DNA from: Candidatus Woesearchaeota archaeon
Lineage (GTDB): Archaea > Nanobdellota > Nanobdellia > Pacearchaeales > GW2011-AR1
Reading direction: 5' to 3'
NCBI GenBank assembly: GCA_964413095.1
Contig: CAYPRJ010000003.1
Coordinates: 1-60,172 of the forward strand
Length of the DNA: 60,172 bases
Shown: piece after piece, positions 8,961 through 19,863 of the stretch
Layout: each line of letters starts with the position of its first letter
How positions within the stretch are numbered: the first letter of the stretch is position 1
The notes under the pieces: generated by a model
Databases searched by the model: none
What the model saw: only the letters and a program-made list of their open reading frames with translations
Told to the model about the DNA's origin: nothing
Position numbers and translations under genes: made by a program

Positions 8961-10124
8961 TCATGCAGACTGATTAAATCCGACATATTTTTCCTTGCCA
9001 GACTTCATATCTCTTACCTTGAATTTCTTTTTCTTAACTTCTTTTTCTCCCACAAAAATAACTTTATCTATATTTTTAGAATTTGCATAATCTAAAGCTT
9101 TTGATGGTTTTCCATAAAATATAGAAACATTTTCATTTTTATTCCTTAGTTTCTGTGTAATTTTAATTGCTTCTACATCCTGATTTATCGACAATACCAT
9201 TGTTTTTTCTTTTTCTGGTTTTATTTTTGAAAGCAGAGATAATCTTTCTAATCCAAATGAAATACCAGTACAAGAAACATCGTTGAAAGTATAACTCCCT
9301 CCACCAACAAGTGTCTCTTTTATTTCTTTAGATTTAATTTCAAAGACATTCCCATCATAATAACTTAAACCTCTTACAATAGTTGGAGAAAATAAAACTT
9401 CAAATCCGAATGCTCTGCAATATTCCATCAAGCTTATAATTTTTTTATAATTTTCAAATTTTTTAAAATAATTCTCTCCTTTTTTTAAAACACCAATAAT
9501 TTTTTCAGCATTATATTTTTTCAGATTCTTCTTAATTTCTTTTTCAGGAATCTTGTCATATTTATCAATTTCCCTTAAAACATTTTCTTTATCTTTTTCT
9601 TTAATTTTAAATTCATCTAAGATTTCATTCAAAAGTTTTCTGTTATTAATCAAAATAATTGGCCTTATTCCTAATTTTGAAATTATTTCATTTGATAATG
9701 CTAAAATTTCTGCCTCTTCTCGCGTCACTGAACTCGACGTGCCAACAATATCAGCGTCACATTGAATAAATTGCCTGTAACGGTTCTTGCCCACTGAAGT
9801 CGGCTCATCTCTAAAAACAGGACCAATTTGATATCTTTTATAAGGCAATTTTTTATTTTTCATCAACCTCTTCAATTGAAAAGTAAATTCATATCTCAAA
9901 GCAAGTTTTCTCTTCCCCTTATCTCTCAACTTAAAAATATCAGAAATAGCTTCATCTTGTCTATTTCCTTTTTTAACAAATTCTTCTCTTTCAATGATAG
10001 GTGTTTCAGCTGGCTCAAATCCATATTTTTCAAAAGTTCCAACTATGACTTTTTTAATTGCTTCTCGTTTTTCAGCTTTCTCTCCTGTATAATCATTAAA
10101 ACCTTTGACTCTTGAAGTTTTCAT
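8961..10124 (-). CDS. hisS: Histidine--tRNA ligase
   Basis: KGFND, LALRYEFT, FRDEP..RYRQFIQCDAD, RGLSYY, GGG.Y, GISFGLER, anticodon domain. Confidence 0.97.
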   Translation of the reverse strand: MKTSRVKGFNDYTGEKAEKREAIKKVIVGTFEKYGFEPAETPIIEREEFVKKGNRQDEAISDIFKLRDKGKRKLALRYEFTFQLKRLMKNKKLPYKRYQIGPVFRDEPTSVGKNRYRQFIQCDADIVGTSSSVTREEAEILALSNEIISKLGIRPIILINNRKLLNEILDEFKIKEKDKENVLREIDKYDKIPEKEIKKNLKKYNAEKIIGVLKKGENYFKKFENYKKIISLMEYCRAFGFEVLFSPTIVRGLSYYDGNVFEIKSKEIKETLVGGGSYTFNDVSCTGISFGLERLSLLSKIKPEKEKTMVLSINQDVEAIKITQKLRNKNENVSIFYGKPSKALDYANSKNIDKVIFVGEKEVKKKKFKVRDMKSGKEKYVGFNQSA

Positions 10125-10134
10125 TTTTTAAAAG

Positions 10135-10206
10135 GGTGGAAGCGGAGAATCGAACTCCGGTTTTGCGGACCACAACCACACGTTCTGCCACTAAACTACA
10201 ACCACC
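10135..10206 (-). tRNA. tRNA-His(GTG) with genome-encoded G-1
   Basis: G-1/C73; acceptor GTGGTTG/CTTCCAC (two U.U mismatches); TGTGG-TTGTGGT-CCGCA anticodon arm; T loop TTCGATT. Confidence 0.92.
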
Positions 10207-10356
10207 ATATTTATTTAATATTGAATTAGAATTAAAAAGGTTTGCACAGCTAAAGAAATCTTTCTTAACAATGATGGGGACATTTCCCATAATTTATAGC
10301 TATCATAGAAATTTAAAAAAAATAGAATTTTTAAAGTTAATCTTTTTAATTAATCT

Positions 10357-11277
10357 ATGATAAAATATTATATTAAAAAAAAGAATGAACAGCAGTTTAA
10401 AGAATCAGAAAGATATTCAAAAGGATGTTGGATTAATGTTGTAAATCCTTCAAATAAAGAAATAAACTTCTTAATAGAAAAATTCAATTTAAATAAGGAA
10501 AATTTAATGGATGGTTTAGACATTCATGAAAACTCCAGATTTGAAATGATTGATAAAAAAATTTACATATTCATAACCACTCCGACAGAAAACATTCCTC
10601 CAGAATATGATTGTTCTTTTCTAGTTATCTATTCAAAAGAAGCTTTCATAACTTTATCAAAATATCCCCTAGAAATTATTAATCAAATACTAGACATGAA
10701 AAATGAAAAAGAGAATTTTTCTTTCTCAAAACAATTATTGAGAATTTTATTTTTTATCTCAAGAAAATTTGAAATATCTGTTAGAAAAACAATAAGAGAA
10801 ATAAAAAAGAATAAAAAAGATTTGAAAACTCTGACAGATAAAGATATCGTGAAATTAATCCAAGAAGAAGATAAGTTGAATCAATATATTTCTTCATTTG
10901 GAGCAATAATACAAACTTACAATAGAACCCTTAGGGAAAAAACACTAAAACTTTTCAAAAAAGATGAGGCAACAATAGAAGATTTAATTATTGATTTAAA
11001 TGAAACACTTACACTTTGTAAATATACTCTTAAATCTATCTCAAATATGAGAGAATATTACTCAACAAAACTTTCAAATGATTTAAACAAAAAAGTTACT
11101 CTTTTAACTGTCTTTACAATTTTTTTAACAATTCCAACTCTTATTGCAGGAATTTATGGAATGAATGTTTCTCTACCTTCACAAAATTCTGATTATATTT
11201 TAGAAATTTTAGGGGCTCTAGTTATAGGAATTTGGTTATTAATGTTTTTTATCTTAAAACGTTTTAGGATACTTTAA
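10357..11277 (+). CDS. corA: CorA family magnesium transporter
   Basis: WINVVNP, IPTLIAGIYGMNV (GMN motif), two C-terminal TM helices. Confidence 0.93.
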   Translation: MIKYYIKKKNEQQFKESERYSKGCWINVVNPSNKEINFLIEKFNLNKENLMDGLDIHENSRFEMIDKKIYIFITTPTENIPPEYDCSFLVIYSKEAFITLSKYPLEIINQILDMKNEKENFSFSKQLLRILFFISRKFEISVRKTIREIKKNKKDLKTLTDKDIVKLIQEEDKLNQYISSFGAIIQTYNRTLREKTLKLFKKDEATIEDLIIDLNETLTLCKYTLKSISNMREYYSTKLSNDLNKKVTLLTVFTIFLTIPTLIAGIYGMNVSLPSQNSDYILEILGALVIGIWLLMFFILKRFRIL

Positions 11278-11278
11278 A

Positions 11279-12453
<1,175 letters not shown>

Positions 12454-12457
<4 letters not shown>

Positions 12458-12918
12458 AATTCAAAAGGTATTGTTTGTGAGCATAGATATTCATTACCAG
12501 AGTCATCTATGAAATAAGCTGTTACTTCTACTTCATCTGGATCAATTAATGTTGTATTAATATTTGGTTCAGTTTTTCCAACTAATCTTTGTATATTTCC
12601 TGAAACATCAATAACTGAAGAAGATTCATCTGTTGTTGAATCTCTAAATACTATCTTTGTTCCTCCAATTTCATGAGAACCACTTCCTGTTCTTTCAAAT
12701 GTTACATTACACACATCTGGATTTGAATCTGTACAAGACACTTTTGTAGCTCTTAAATCTAATGTTAAACATTTTCCTTCCATTTCACTACTTTCTGTGC
12801 CTGTTTGAATTAAATTATTTACAACAGCCCAAACAACTCCTACTGCAACTAAAACTAATGCTACTAAAATAACTGTAATCACAATAGCTGAAAGTCCTCT
12901 TTTATTTTCCATCATCAC
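12454..12918 (-). CDS. Archaeal type IV pilin-like protein
   Basis: Class III signal peptide KRG|LSAIVITVILVALVLVAVGVVW. Confidence 0.85.
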
Positions 12919-12958
12919 TCCTTTAAATTAGATAAAACAACTGCATTTAAAAATGTTT

Positions 12959-14170
12959 TTATGTTCTATTAAAATAATTTAAAAGCAGGAAATATTCTTT
13001 TTTATCAATGACTTTATCGCTTTTTGACAAGCCAACTCTCTCTGCAAATTTCCAAAATGCACGAGGTTTATAACCTTGTTTTTTTAATGAAGCAATTGTT
13101 GGCAATCTTTTATCATCCCATCCAGAATATTTTCCTGACTCAATTCCTTTTCTGAATTTTGTTGTCGATAATTCTAAATCTTTGAATTTTAATCTTCCTA
13201 AAAATTCTGTCCAGGGAAATTTCTTATTTAAAGCATTAAAAATCATTTTTTGTCTTTCAGCATTATCTTTATGATCTTTTGCTCTTATAACATGGGTCAT
13301 TTTTAATTCTATATCATCAACAGCAACAGCTAGATTCATTAATGGCCAAACTCTGTATTTGTTTCCTGTTTTAGGATGCTTTGTTTCATTAATTCTTGCT
13401 AAAGGAAAATCCCTAAAAGCAGGATTTTTGTTTTTCATTCCAGATTTAAATCTCAAAACTGCTTCTCCTTGTTTAAATCCTTTTTTATCTAACATTTTTT
13501 TCCATCTCTCTAGATTTTCTTTTATATCCAATTTTCTGCAAGGACAATTTTTCTTTTCTGAAACATAATTTTTGAATTCTTCAGAAGAGCATGTACAAAC
13601 ATATGTGGCATTCTTCTTAATTAATTTTTTAGCATATTCATAATAAATTTCCATTCTGTCTGACTGAATTATAATTTTAGCTTTATTATCAAAAAGCCAC
13701 CTGCTTTCTTCTTTAAGCATTTTATAAGCTGGTTTGTAAACATTTTCAGGATTTGTGTCTTCAATTCTTACATAAAATTTTCCGCCATACTTTTTCACAT
13801 ATAAAAAAGAAATACAACCAGTAGCTGCGTGTCCGACATGTAATGGTCCTGAAGCAGAAGGAGCAAATCTCATTATAACACCTTTTTTTTCTTCAATACC
13901 TGGAAGTTCTGGAAGTCCTTCACGAACTTTTCTCTCACTCACAAAATCTTTTAATTTTTCAAATTCCTTTTTTTGTTTCTCTAATGAAAGAGAATTAACT
14001 TCCTTTAAAATCTCAGAAATTTTTTTAATATATTTTTTTACTTCATCTTTTTTCAAACCATCATGAAACAACGAAGAAATCACTGCTCCTTGTTGGGCTT
14101 TTCCATCATAAGCCAGTGCATTTTTTAATGCATAAGCGCGAGCCTTTTTTTCAAGATTTTTTGAATTCAT
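12959..14170 (-). CDS. gltX: Glutamate--tRNA ligase, short form apparently lacking the C-terminal anticodon-binding domain
   Basis: MRFAPSASGPLHVGH, RIEDTNP, AYVCTC..CPCR, YRVWP..N, HVIRAKDH, WDD.RLPT; ends at 403 aa. Confidence 0.9.
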   Translation of the reverse strand: MNSKNLEKKARAYALKNALAYDGKAQQGAVISSLFHDGLKKDEVKKYIKKISEILKEVNSLSLEKQKKEFEKLKDFVSERKVREGLPELPGIEEKKGVIMRFAPSASGPLHVGHAATGCISFLYVKKYGGKFYVRIEDTNPENVYKPAYKMLKEESRWLFDNKAKIIIQSDRMEIYYEYAKKLIKKNATYVCTCSSEEFKNYVSEKKNCPCRKLDIKENLERWKKMLDKKGFKQGEAVLRFKSGMKNKNPAFRDFPLARINETKHPKTGNKYRVWPLMNLAVAVDDIELKMTHVIRAKDHKDNAERQKMIFNALNKKFPWTEFLGRLKFKDLELSTTKFRKGIESGKYSGWDDKRLPTIASLKKQGYKPRAFWKFAERVGLSKSDKVIDKKEYFLLLNYFNRT

Positions 14171-14619
14171 TTTAAAAATTTACTTATTAAATACATATCT
14201 TTTTTTCCTAATTTATGTTTTTTAAGTAAGTATTTATTAATAAATCCATTCTTTTTGTAAAAGCTTCTAGCTTTAGTATTATCTTTAGATACATAAACAA
14301 TTATTTTTTTTCCTTTTTTGGATTTAATATATTTATTGATTTCTTTTATCATCTTAGAACCTATGCCTTTTCTTCTAAAATTTTTATTTACTTGCATATG
14401 TCCTAGCCTCCAAATATAAGGTAAACAGGGATCTTCAAAAAATAATACATTTGCTATCTTTTTATCATTCTCTGTCACAATTAACACAAAACAATTGTGA
14501 ATTCCAGAATAATATTTTGAATTTTTTAAATAATCGTCTTCAATTAAATAAGATAATCTTTTGTTCTTTAATAAGGAAGAAAATTTGTAGATATTATATT
14601 TCATAAAAACAAAAAACAA
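14167..14619 (-). CDS. GNAT N-acetyltransferase
   Basis: V.KNFRRKGIGS, N.KARSFYKKNGF. Confidence 0.88.
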   Translation of the reverse strand: MFFVFMKYNIYKFSSLLKNKRLSYLIEDDYLKNSKYYSGIHNCFVLIVTENDKKIANVLFFEDPCLPYIWRLGHMQVNKNFRRKGIGSKMIKEINKYIKSKKGKKIIVYVSKDNTKARSFYKKNGFINKYLLKKHKLGKKDMYLISKFLK

Positions 14620-14638
14620 ATAACATTAATAAATCTAT

Positions 14639-14977
14639 TCAAACACCAGCTTTTTTTTCTAAAACTTCGACTCTTTGTTGCAAATGGTAAATTTGGTTTG
14701 ACAAATCTTCAAGTTTATTTGTCATGTCAACAAGCCTTTTAGCAAATTTTCTTTTTCTGTCTCCAGAAATATCAACATATTCAGAATTTTCTGTTTGAAA
14801 ATCAGAAGACTGGTTTGAAGCTGAAGCCATATTCCCCAAAAAATTAAAAGCTCCAGAATTTTCAGAACTGCTTTCTTTTTTCTCTTCTTCCATCTCTTTC
14901 AACTTCGCCTGTTGCTTTTTATATCTCTCTGTCAAATCAAGAACATCTTTTTTTCTTCCAAATTTAAATAAACTCAT
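14639..14977 (-). CDS. Hypothetical protein with C-terminal coiled coil
   Basis: 112-aa ORF; LEDLSNQIYHLQQRVEVLE heptads. Confidence 0.65.
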   Translation of the reverse strand: MSLFKFGRKKDVLDLTERYKKQQAKLKEMEEEKKESSSENSGAFNFLGNMASASNQSSDFQTENSEYVDISGDRKRKFAKRLVDMTNKLEDLSNQIYHLQQRVEVLEKKAGV

Positions 14978-15075
14978 AATATAATTAAGTGTTGTTTATT
15001 TTTAAATTTAGTTATACAGCATAATTAGACAACCCAATACAAACATTTTTTAAACAAATATTCTTAGAATAATTA

Positions 15076-16497
15076 ATGGTAGAAGCAAAAGCAGTTTCTG
15101 AAATAATTGGGGAAATTGTTCCTTATTATAAAAAGAAAGGTGAGCCAGAAGTAGAACACAAAATAGTCTATGATTCCTCTTCAGAACAATTAGAGCCAAT
15201 ATATTTCTTCATTTTAGATTTAATGAATGATTTTGGTTTTGAAACAGAGAAACTTGTTGATAATTTTACATCTTCTCCTGGAAGCGGACACTTCGCTGAA
15301 TTAGGACAAAGAGCAACAATTATGCAACAACAAGGAAGTAAATTATTAGGAGATATAAACACTGTTCTAAGAAGTGTATTAAATATTATTTATGATTTAA
15401 AAGAGTTCAGGATGAGATTGCAACATTATGAAAATTTAGAATCAAAAGATAAAGGTAAAAGTGAATCTGCAAAATTGGCATTAAAACAAGTCTGGATGGA
15501 TAAAGTAGATATTCAGAAAGGAAATTCTGCAATAAAACCAATGGCTATGCAGGGCGGTTTTCAAACTTTAATTGATGCTTTTTTAGCTGTAGATAGTGAA
15601 AAAGATGTCAGTAAGCTTGATTTAAATGAAAGAGTAAAAAGAGTTCTAAGACCAAGAATTATGGAATTTAACACTTGGCTTGAACAATCTAAAAAAGAAC
15701 TTAAAAAAAGATATGAACTTGAAAAAAATTATTTAAGAAGTCAGGTTAATAGCTTGAAATTATATTCTCGTTGGGCAAAACCTTATTTAAAAGCAGCACA
15801 CCAACTTGAAATGAAGGGTTCTGAAAAAAATCCATCTTTAGTTAAAGCATTTAATACAATTCTTTTGGAATTGACATTATTTGGGAAAAATAAAATAGAC
15901 ATAAAAAAACAGGCATTAAACGGAAAACTTCCGGCAGAATTTTCAAAAGAAAGTTTTCAAAAAACATTAAAAAGAAATTATTATGCTTGTGTGTTAGTGG
16001 ACTTTAATTTTAGAGGAATACCTCAGAGAGTTGCACAACAACCACATTATGCATTTGGAGGAAAAACAGAAATAACTTTCAAAGCTTATGCATTAAATGA
16101 CCAAGAATTAGAAAAAATTGAAGAAGAAATTGGAAACTCTGAAATAGAGGATGTTTTAAAATTAATTGAAGGAACAACTACTGAAAGTTTGGAACAACTA
16201 CAAGAAGAGATAAATTTCTTTTTGGAAGAAGATACAAAATCCAAAGAAAAACAAGAAAAACTAAAAGATACTTCAAATCCCTTTTTAGCTTTAATAGGAG
16301 CATATAACAAAGAAAAGAAACCAGAGAAAAAAGAAAAAAAAGAAACAAAACAAAAAAAGAAAGCACAAGAACTCAAATCAGATAATTTTATTGAAAAAGA
16401 ACATATAAGACCATTAACAGCTGAAGAAGCTTCTGATTCAGCATTTAACTTTTTTGATATTTACAAAAAAGCTCACGGCATGCCAAGTTATACATAA
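15076..16497 (+). CDS. Conserved-looking hypothetical protein (473 aa)
   Basis: Long ORF with typical codon use; no recognised family. Confidence 0.75.
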   Translation: MVEAKAVSEIIGEIVPYYKKKGEPEVEHKIVYDSSSEQLEPIYFFILDLMNDFGFETEKLVDNFTSSPGSGHFAELGQRATIMQQQGSKLLGDINTVLRSVLNIIYDLKEFRMRLQHYENLESKDKGKSESAKLALKQVWMDKVDIQKGNSAIKPMAMQGGFQTLIDAFLAVDSEKDVSKLDLNERVKRVLRPRIMEFNTWLEQSKKELKKRYELEKNYLRSQVNSLKLYSRWAKPYLKAAHQLEMKGSEKNPSLVKAFNTILLELTLFGKNKIDIKKQALNGKLPAEFSKESFQKTLKRNYYACVLVDFNFRGIPQRVAQQPHYAFGGKTEITFKAYALNDQELEKIEEEIGNSEIEDVLKLIEGTTTESLEQLQEEINFFLEEDTKSKEKQEKLKDTSNPFLALIGAYNKEKKPEKKEKKETKQKKKAQELKSDNFIEKEHIRPLTAEEASDSAFNFFDIYKKAHGMPSYT

Positions 16498-16628
16498 TAA
16501 CTTGGTGGTTGCAGGAGCCGTGATTTCAAAGAAAAAGGTTATCATTCAAATCCATCTAAGGCAATTAGGGATTTGGGTTGCAGGAGCTGTGAAGAACCCG
16601 CTGGTGGTTCTCAATGCCGAGTTATACA
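16480..16628 (+). other. GC-enriched structured insert between imperfect 15-bp direct repeats
   Basis: ATGCC(A/G)AGTTATACA at 16480-16494 and 16614-16628; two GGTTGCAGGAGCyGTGA motifs; several hairpins. Confidence 0.55.
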
Positions 16629-16638
16629 CAAGAGCATA

Positions 16639-17292
16639 ATGAAAGATAAACAAAAAGAAAATAAAAAACAAAAAAATGATTTTAAGAAAAAGAAGAAAAA
16701 TCAAAAAATAAAGAATAAGAAAAAAACTTCTAAGAATTCTGCAGAAAAAAATTTGGAAAAAGAGTGGAAAAAATTAAAAGAGAAAATTAAAGATAATTTA
16801 ACAAATAAATCTGAAAATAGAAGAGAACAAAAATCAGAATTAGAAGAAGAAATAAAAAAAGAAAGAGAAGTTAAAAAAAATCAGAACCAATTTAATAATT
16901 TTTCTCAATCTTTTAACACAGAAGTCAAAGAAATTCCAACAACAAATCTAAACAAAATTACAAACCAGTTTCAAGAAAGAAATTTAGAGCAAAGTTTTAA
17001 TCCTTTATTTACAAATCAAGAGCAGGAAAATGAACCTTTAAAATACAATATCTCCCAGACAACTCAAAACACAAGAGACAAATATCAGAACAATACAACA
17101 TTAAGACCTTTAAGAGTTCATGAAGAATCAGAAAGAGATTTATTCCTCAATCCAACAGAAAACACTATAATAAATCAACAAGACATTGATACAGACAGAA
17201 TGAATGTCGGATTTATGAATCAAGAAAGAAGATTACCATTTGAACAAGAGGATGAAAGATATAAAGAATATAAATTACGAAAAACAGAATAA
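16639..17292 (+). CDS. Hypothetical low-complexity K/N/Q/E-rich protein
   Basis: ATG at 16639 preferred; the TTG at 16573 lies inside the structured element. Confidence 0.65.
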   Translation: MKDKQKENKKQKNDFKKKKKNQKIKNKKKTSKNSAEKNLEKEWKKLKEKIKDNLTNKSENRREQKSELEEEIKKEREVKKNQNQFNNFSQSFNTEVKEIPTTNLNKITNQFQERNLEQSFNPLFTNQEQENEPLKYNISQTTQNTRDKYQNNTTLRPLRVHEESERDLFLNPTENTIINQQDIDTDRMNVGFMNQERRLPFEQEDERYKEYKLRKTE

Positions 17293-17414
17293 CACAATTA
17301 TTTTAAATAATAATTTCTTAATTATAATATGAAAAAGGGATTGGATTGGAGAGACATTATTATCTGGATATTATTAATATTAGCCTTCATAATTATAATA
17401 GTTTCATTCTTAAA

Positions 17415-17645
17415 ATGAAATTAATAGATATAATAATTTGGATTCTTGTGGTGGTTTCAATAGCAGTAGCATTGTGGTATATATTCGGTAAGTCGCCAAC
17501 ATTTGAACAAGCAATATTAGTTCTTGTATTAACTATCTTATTCACTCTAAGTTCTAAAATTATCAAATTAGACATAAAAATTACAAATATAGAGCATAGT
17601 TTTATTCATTTAGCAAAAGATTTTAAAGAACATTTAACTATATAA
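17415..17645 (+). CDS. Small membrane protein
   Basis: MKLIDIII..., two TM segments; ATG at 17415. Confidence 0.6.
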   Translation: MKLIDIIIWILVVVSIAVALWYIFGKSPTFEQAILVLVLTILFTLSSKIIKLDIKITNIEHSFIHLAKDFKEHLTI

Positions 17646-17684
17646 TAACATAGTTCAATTAAATAAACGAGCATAGCTGGACAA

Positions 17685-19439
17685 ATGGTAAAAAAAGGTG
17701 ATTATACAATAAGTGATATTTATCAAGGAGGTTATTCTAGTTTAAAACCTAATTACGGAGATGTTTTTACTGGCTACAGAACAAGCGCAGGAAGCCTTGG
17801 ATTAACAACAGACCTAAGAACAGCAAATATGTTGCAAGAAGCATCTTCAAAATTATCTACAGGAATAAAACAAATAGAATTAAGTGGTGTAAGTCCTGAG
17901 ATTTTCGAATCAATTCCAAAACAACATTTAAAAGAAATTAACCGTTTAAGTAAACTTACTGGAACAGAAATTACTCTTCATGGTCCTGTAGTAGAAGCTT
18001 CAGGAATAACACAACAAGGTTTCTCTGAGAATAATAGGGAAGCAACAGAAAGACAAATGACTCAAGCAATTGAAAGAGGACATGAACTAAATCCAAAAGG
18101 AAATATTCCAGTAACATTTCATTCTTCTGCAATTATTCCTCAAGAAATAACAACTCCAGGAAAAAAACCACAAGAAGTCCTAATAATAAATACAGAATCA
18201 GGTTCAATAAATAAAATTCCCATTAAAGAAAAAAAATATCCTGGTGAAGAAACAGAAGTTACTATACAGGGAGAAATAAAAAAACAAAATGAACATAGCT
18301 GGAATGAAAATTTAAGGCAGGTTGCATATTATTCAGATATTGGAGGAGATGCTGTAGACAAAACAAAAATATTAAAAAAATTAGCAGAATCAGAAAAAAG
18401 AGCTGGGAAAGAACTTACTACTGAAGAAAAAAATGCAATATCCTCTTATAACAGAGGTTCAACATTTTTAGATAGTTCTTATGGAAGTTTAAAAGATATG
18501 TTTTCACTTGCTTATGATAATGTACCTAAAGTAGAAAAACATAAAATAGAAAATTTCTATAAAAAAATACAATCCAAGGCAGAACAAATAAATAAGAATA
18601 AAAAAAGTTATGAGAATGCAGAGATAAAAAAAGAAATAATTGATGAAGGTATAGAACTATTGCACTCTTTGTCTACTCCTGAAATAATCAAACCTTTAGA
18701 TGACTTTGCTAAAGAAAAAACAGTACGAACTTTTGGAAATGTTGCATGGAATTCTTATAAAAAATTCAAAGATAAATCTCCAATTATTAGTGTTGAGAAT
18801 CCTCCTGCTGGAGGTGCTTTTTCAACTGGAAAAGAACTTAAAGATGTTGTAGAAAAAGCAAGAAAACAATTTATTGAAAAAGCTGTTAAAGAAGGTATGG
18901 ATAAAGAGAAAGCAAGAAAAGCAGCTGAAAGAGTTATAGGAGTTACTTGGGATGTAGGACATATAAATATGATGAGAAAATATGGCTACAAAACAGAGGA
19001 TATAATCAAAGAAACAGAAGCTGTAAAACCTCTTGTAAAGCATGTTCATTTATCAGATAATTTTGGAGGAGAGCATACTGAATTGCCTATGGGAATGGGA
19101 AATGTTCCTTTGAAAGAAATGTTAAAAAAACTTGGAAAAGAGGGAGAACAAGCAAAAAAAATCATTGAAGCAGGAAATTGGTTTCAACATTTTAAAACTT
19201 CTCCTGTAAAAGAAACTTTTGAAGCTCTCGGCTCTCCGATTTATTCTATGGAAATGGCTCCTTACTGGAATCAATCTCTCGGTTATCAGCAAGGTTATTT
19301 TGGTGGTTATGGACAAATGTTGCCTCAAGGGCATTTTGAGACTTATGGAATACCAGGTTTTTCACAATTGCCAACAGAACTTGGAGGACAACGTCAAGTA
19401 GCACAAGGAAGCAGAATGTCTGGAAAACCTATGGAATAA
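17685..19439 (+). CDS. Xylose isomerase/AP endonuclease 2-like TIM barrel protein with large insertion
   Basis: TLHGP, TFHSS, SVENPP, TWDVGHIN, HVHLSDN..H, IIEAG metal-site pattern. Confidence 0.75.
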   Translation: MVKKGDYTISDIYQGGYSSLKPNYGDVFTGYRTSAGSLGLTTDLRTANMLQEASSKLSTGIKQIELSGVSPEIFESIPKQHLKEINRLSKLTGTEITLHGPVVEASGITQQGFSENNREATERQMTQAIERGHELNPKGNIPVTFHSSAIIPQEITTPGKKPQEVLIINTESGSINKIPIKEKKYPGEETEVTIQGEIKKQNEHSWNENLRQVAYYSDIGGDAVDKTKILKKLAESEKRAGKELTTEEKNAISSYNRGSTFLDSSYGSLKDMFSLAYDNVPKVEKHKIENFYKKIQSKAEQINKNKKSYENAEIKKEIIDEGIELLHSLSTPEIIKPLDDFAKEKTVRTFGNVAWNSYKKFKDKSPIISVENPPAGGAFSTGKELKDVVEKARKQFIEKAVKEGMDKEKARKAAERVIGVTWDVGHINMMRKYGYKTEDIIKETEAVKPLVKHVHLSDNFGGEHTELPMGMGNVPLKEMLKKLGKEGEQAKKIIEAGNWFQHFKTSPVKETFEALGSPIYSMEMAPYWNQSLGYQQGYFGGYGQMLPQGHFETYGIPGFSQLPTELGGQRQVAQGSRMSGKPME

Positions 19440-19863
19440 ATATTAACCAATTCATAAAAATTAATAAAAAATTAAAATAAAAAACTCCAAAAAAATTAAT
19501 AAATTCAGACGAGAATGCTCAAACAAACTAATTATTAAAATATATCATAGAAAATTGCTTTGCAATTTTCCTAGATTTAAACATAATTAAACAAACCTAC
19601 TAAATTATAGTGTGTTACATGACTACTTTTCTATTAATTTGTATGTAATTTTATTTTTTCTAATAATTCTATAGATTACTATGACGAGTATAATTAATAA
19701 AACCCTGTTTTTGGTATAGCTTTAGTAAGATCATTTCATAAAGTTTTATTTTCTTTATTAAATAAATGAGAGATTTATTTTTTGGGAGCAAGTATATAAA
19801 AACAACTAATCAAAGGTTGATAACACTAAAAACATATATAAGTGACTTTTTGCCTATCTTAAT

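Noticed and set aside
16483..16505. loxP/dif-like inverted repeat
   Set aside because: Arms are only 9 bp and orientation/spacer do not fit; covered as an RNA or ssDNA hairpin instead.
19440..19863. AT-rich 420-bp gap as replication origin
   Set aside because: No ORB-like repeats recognised and no orc1/cdc6 nearby.
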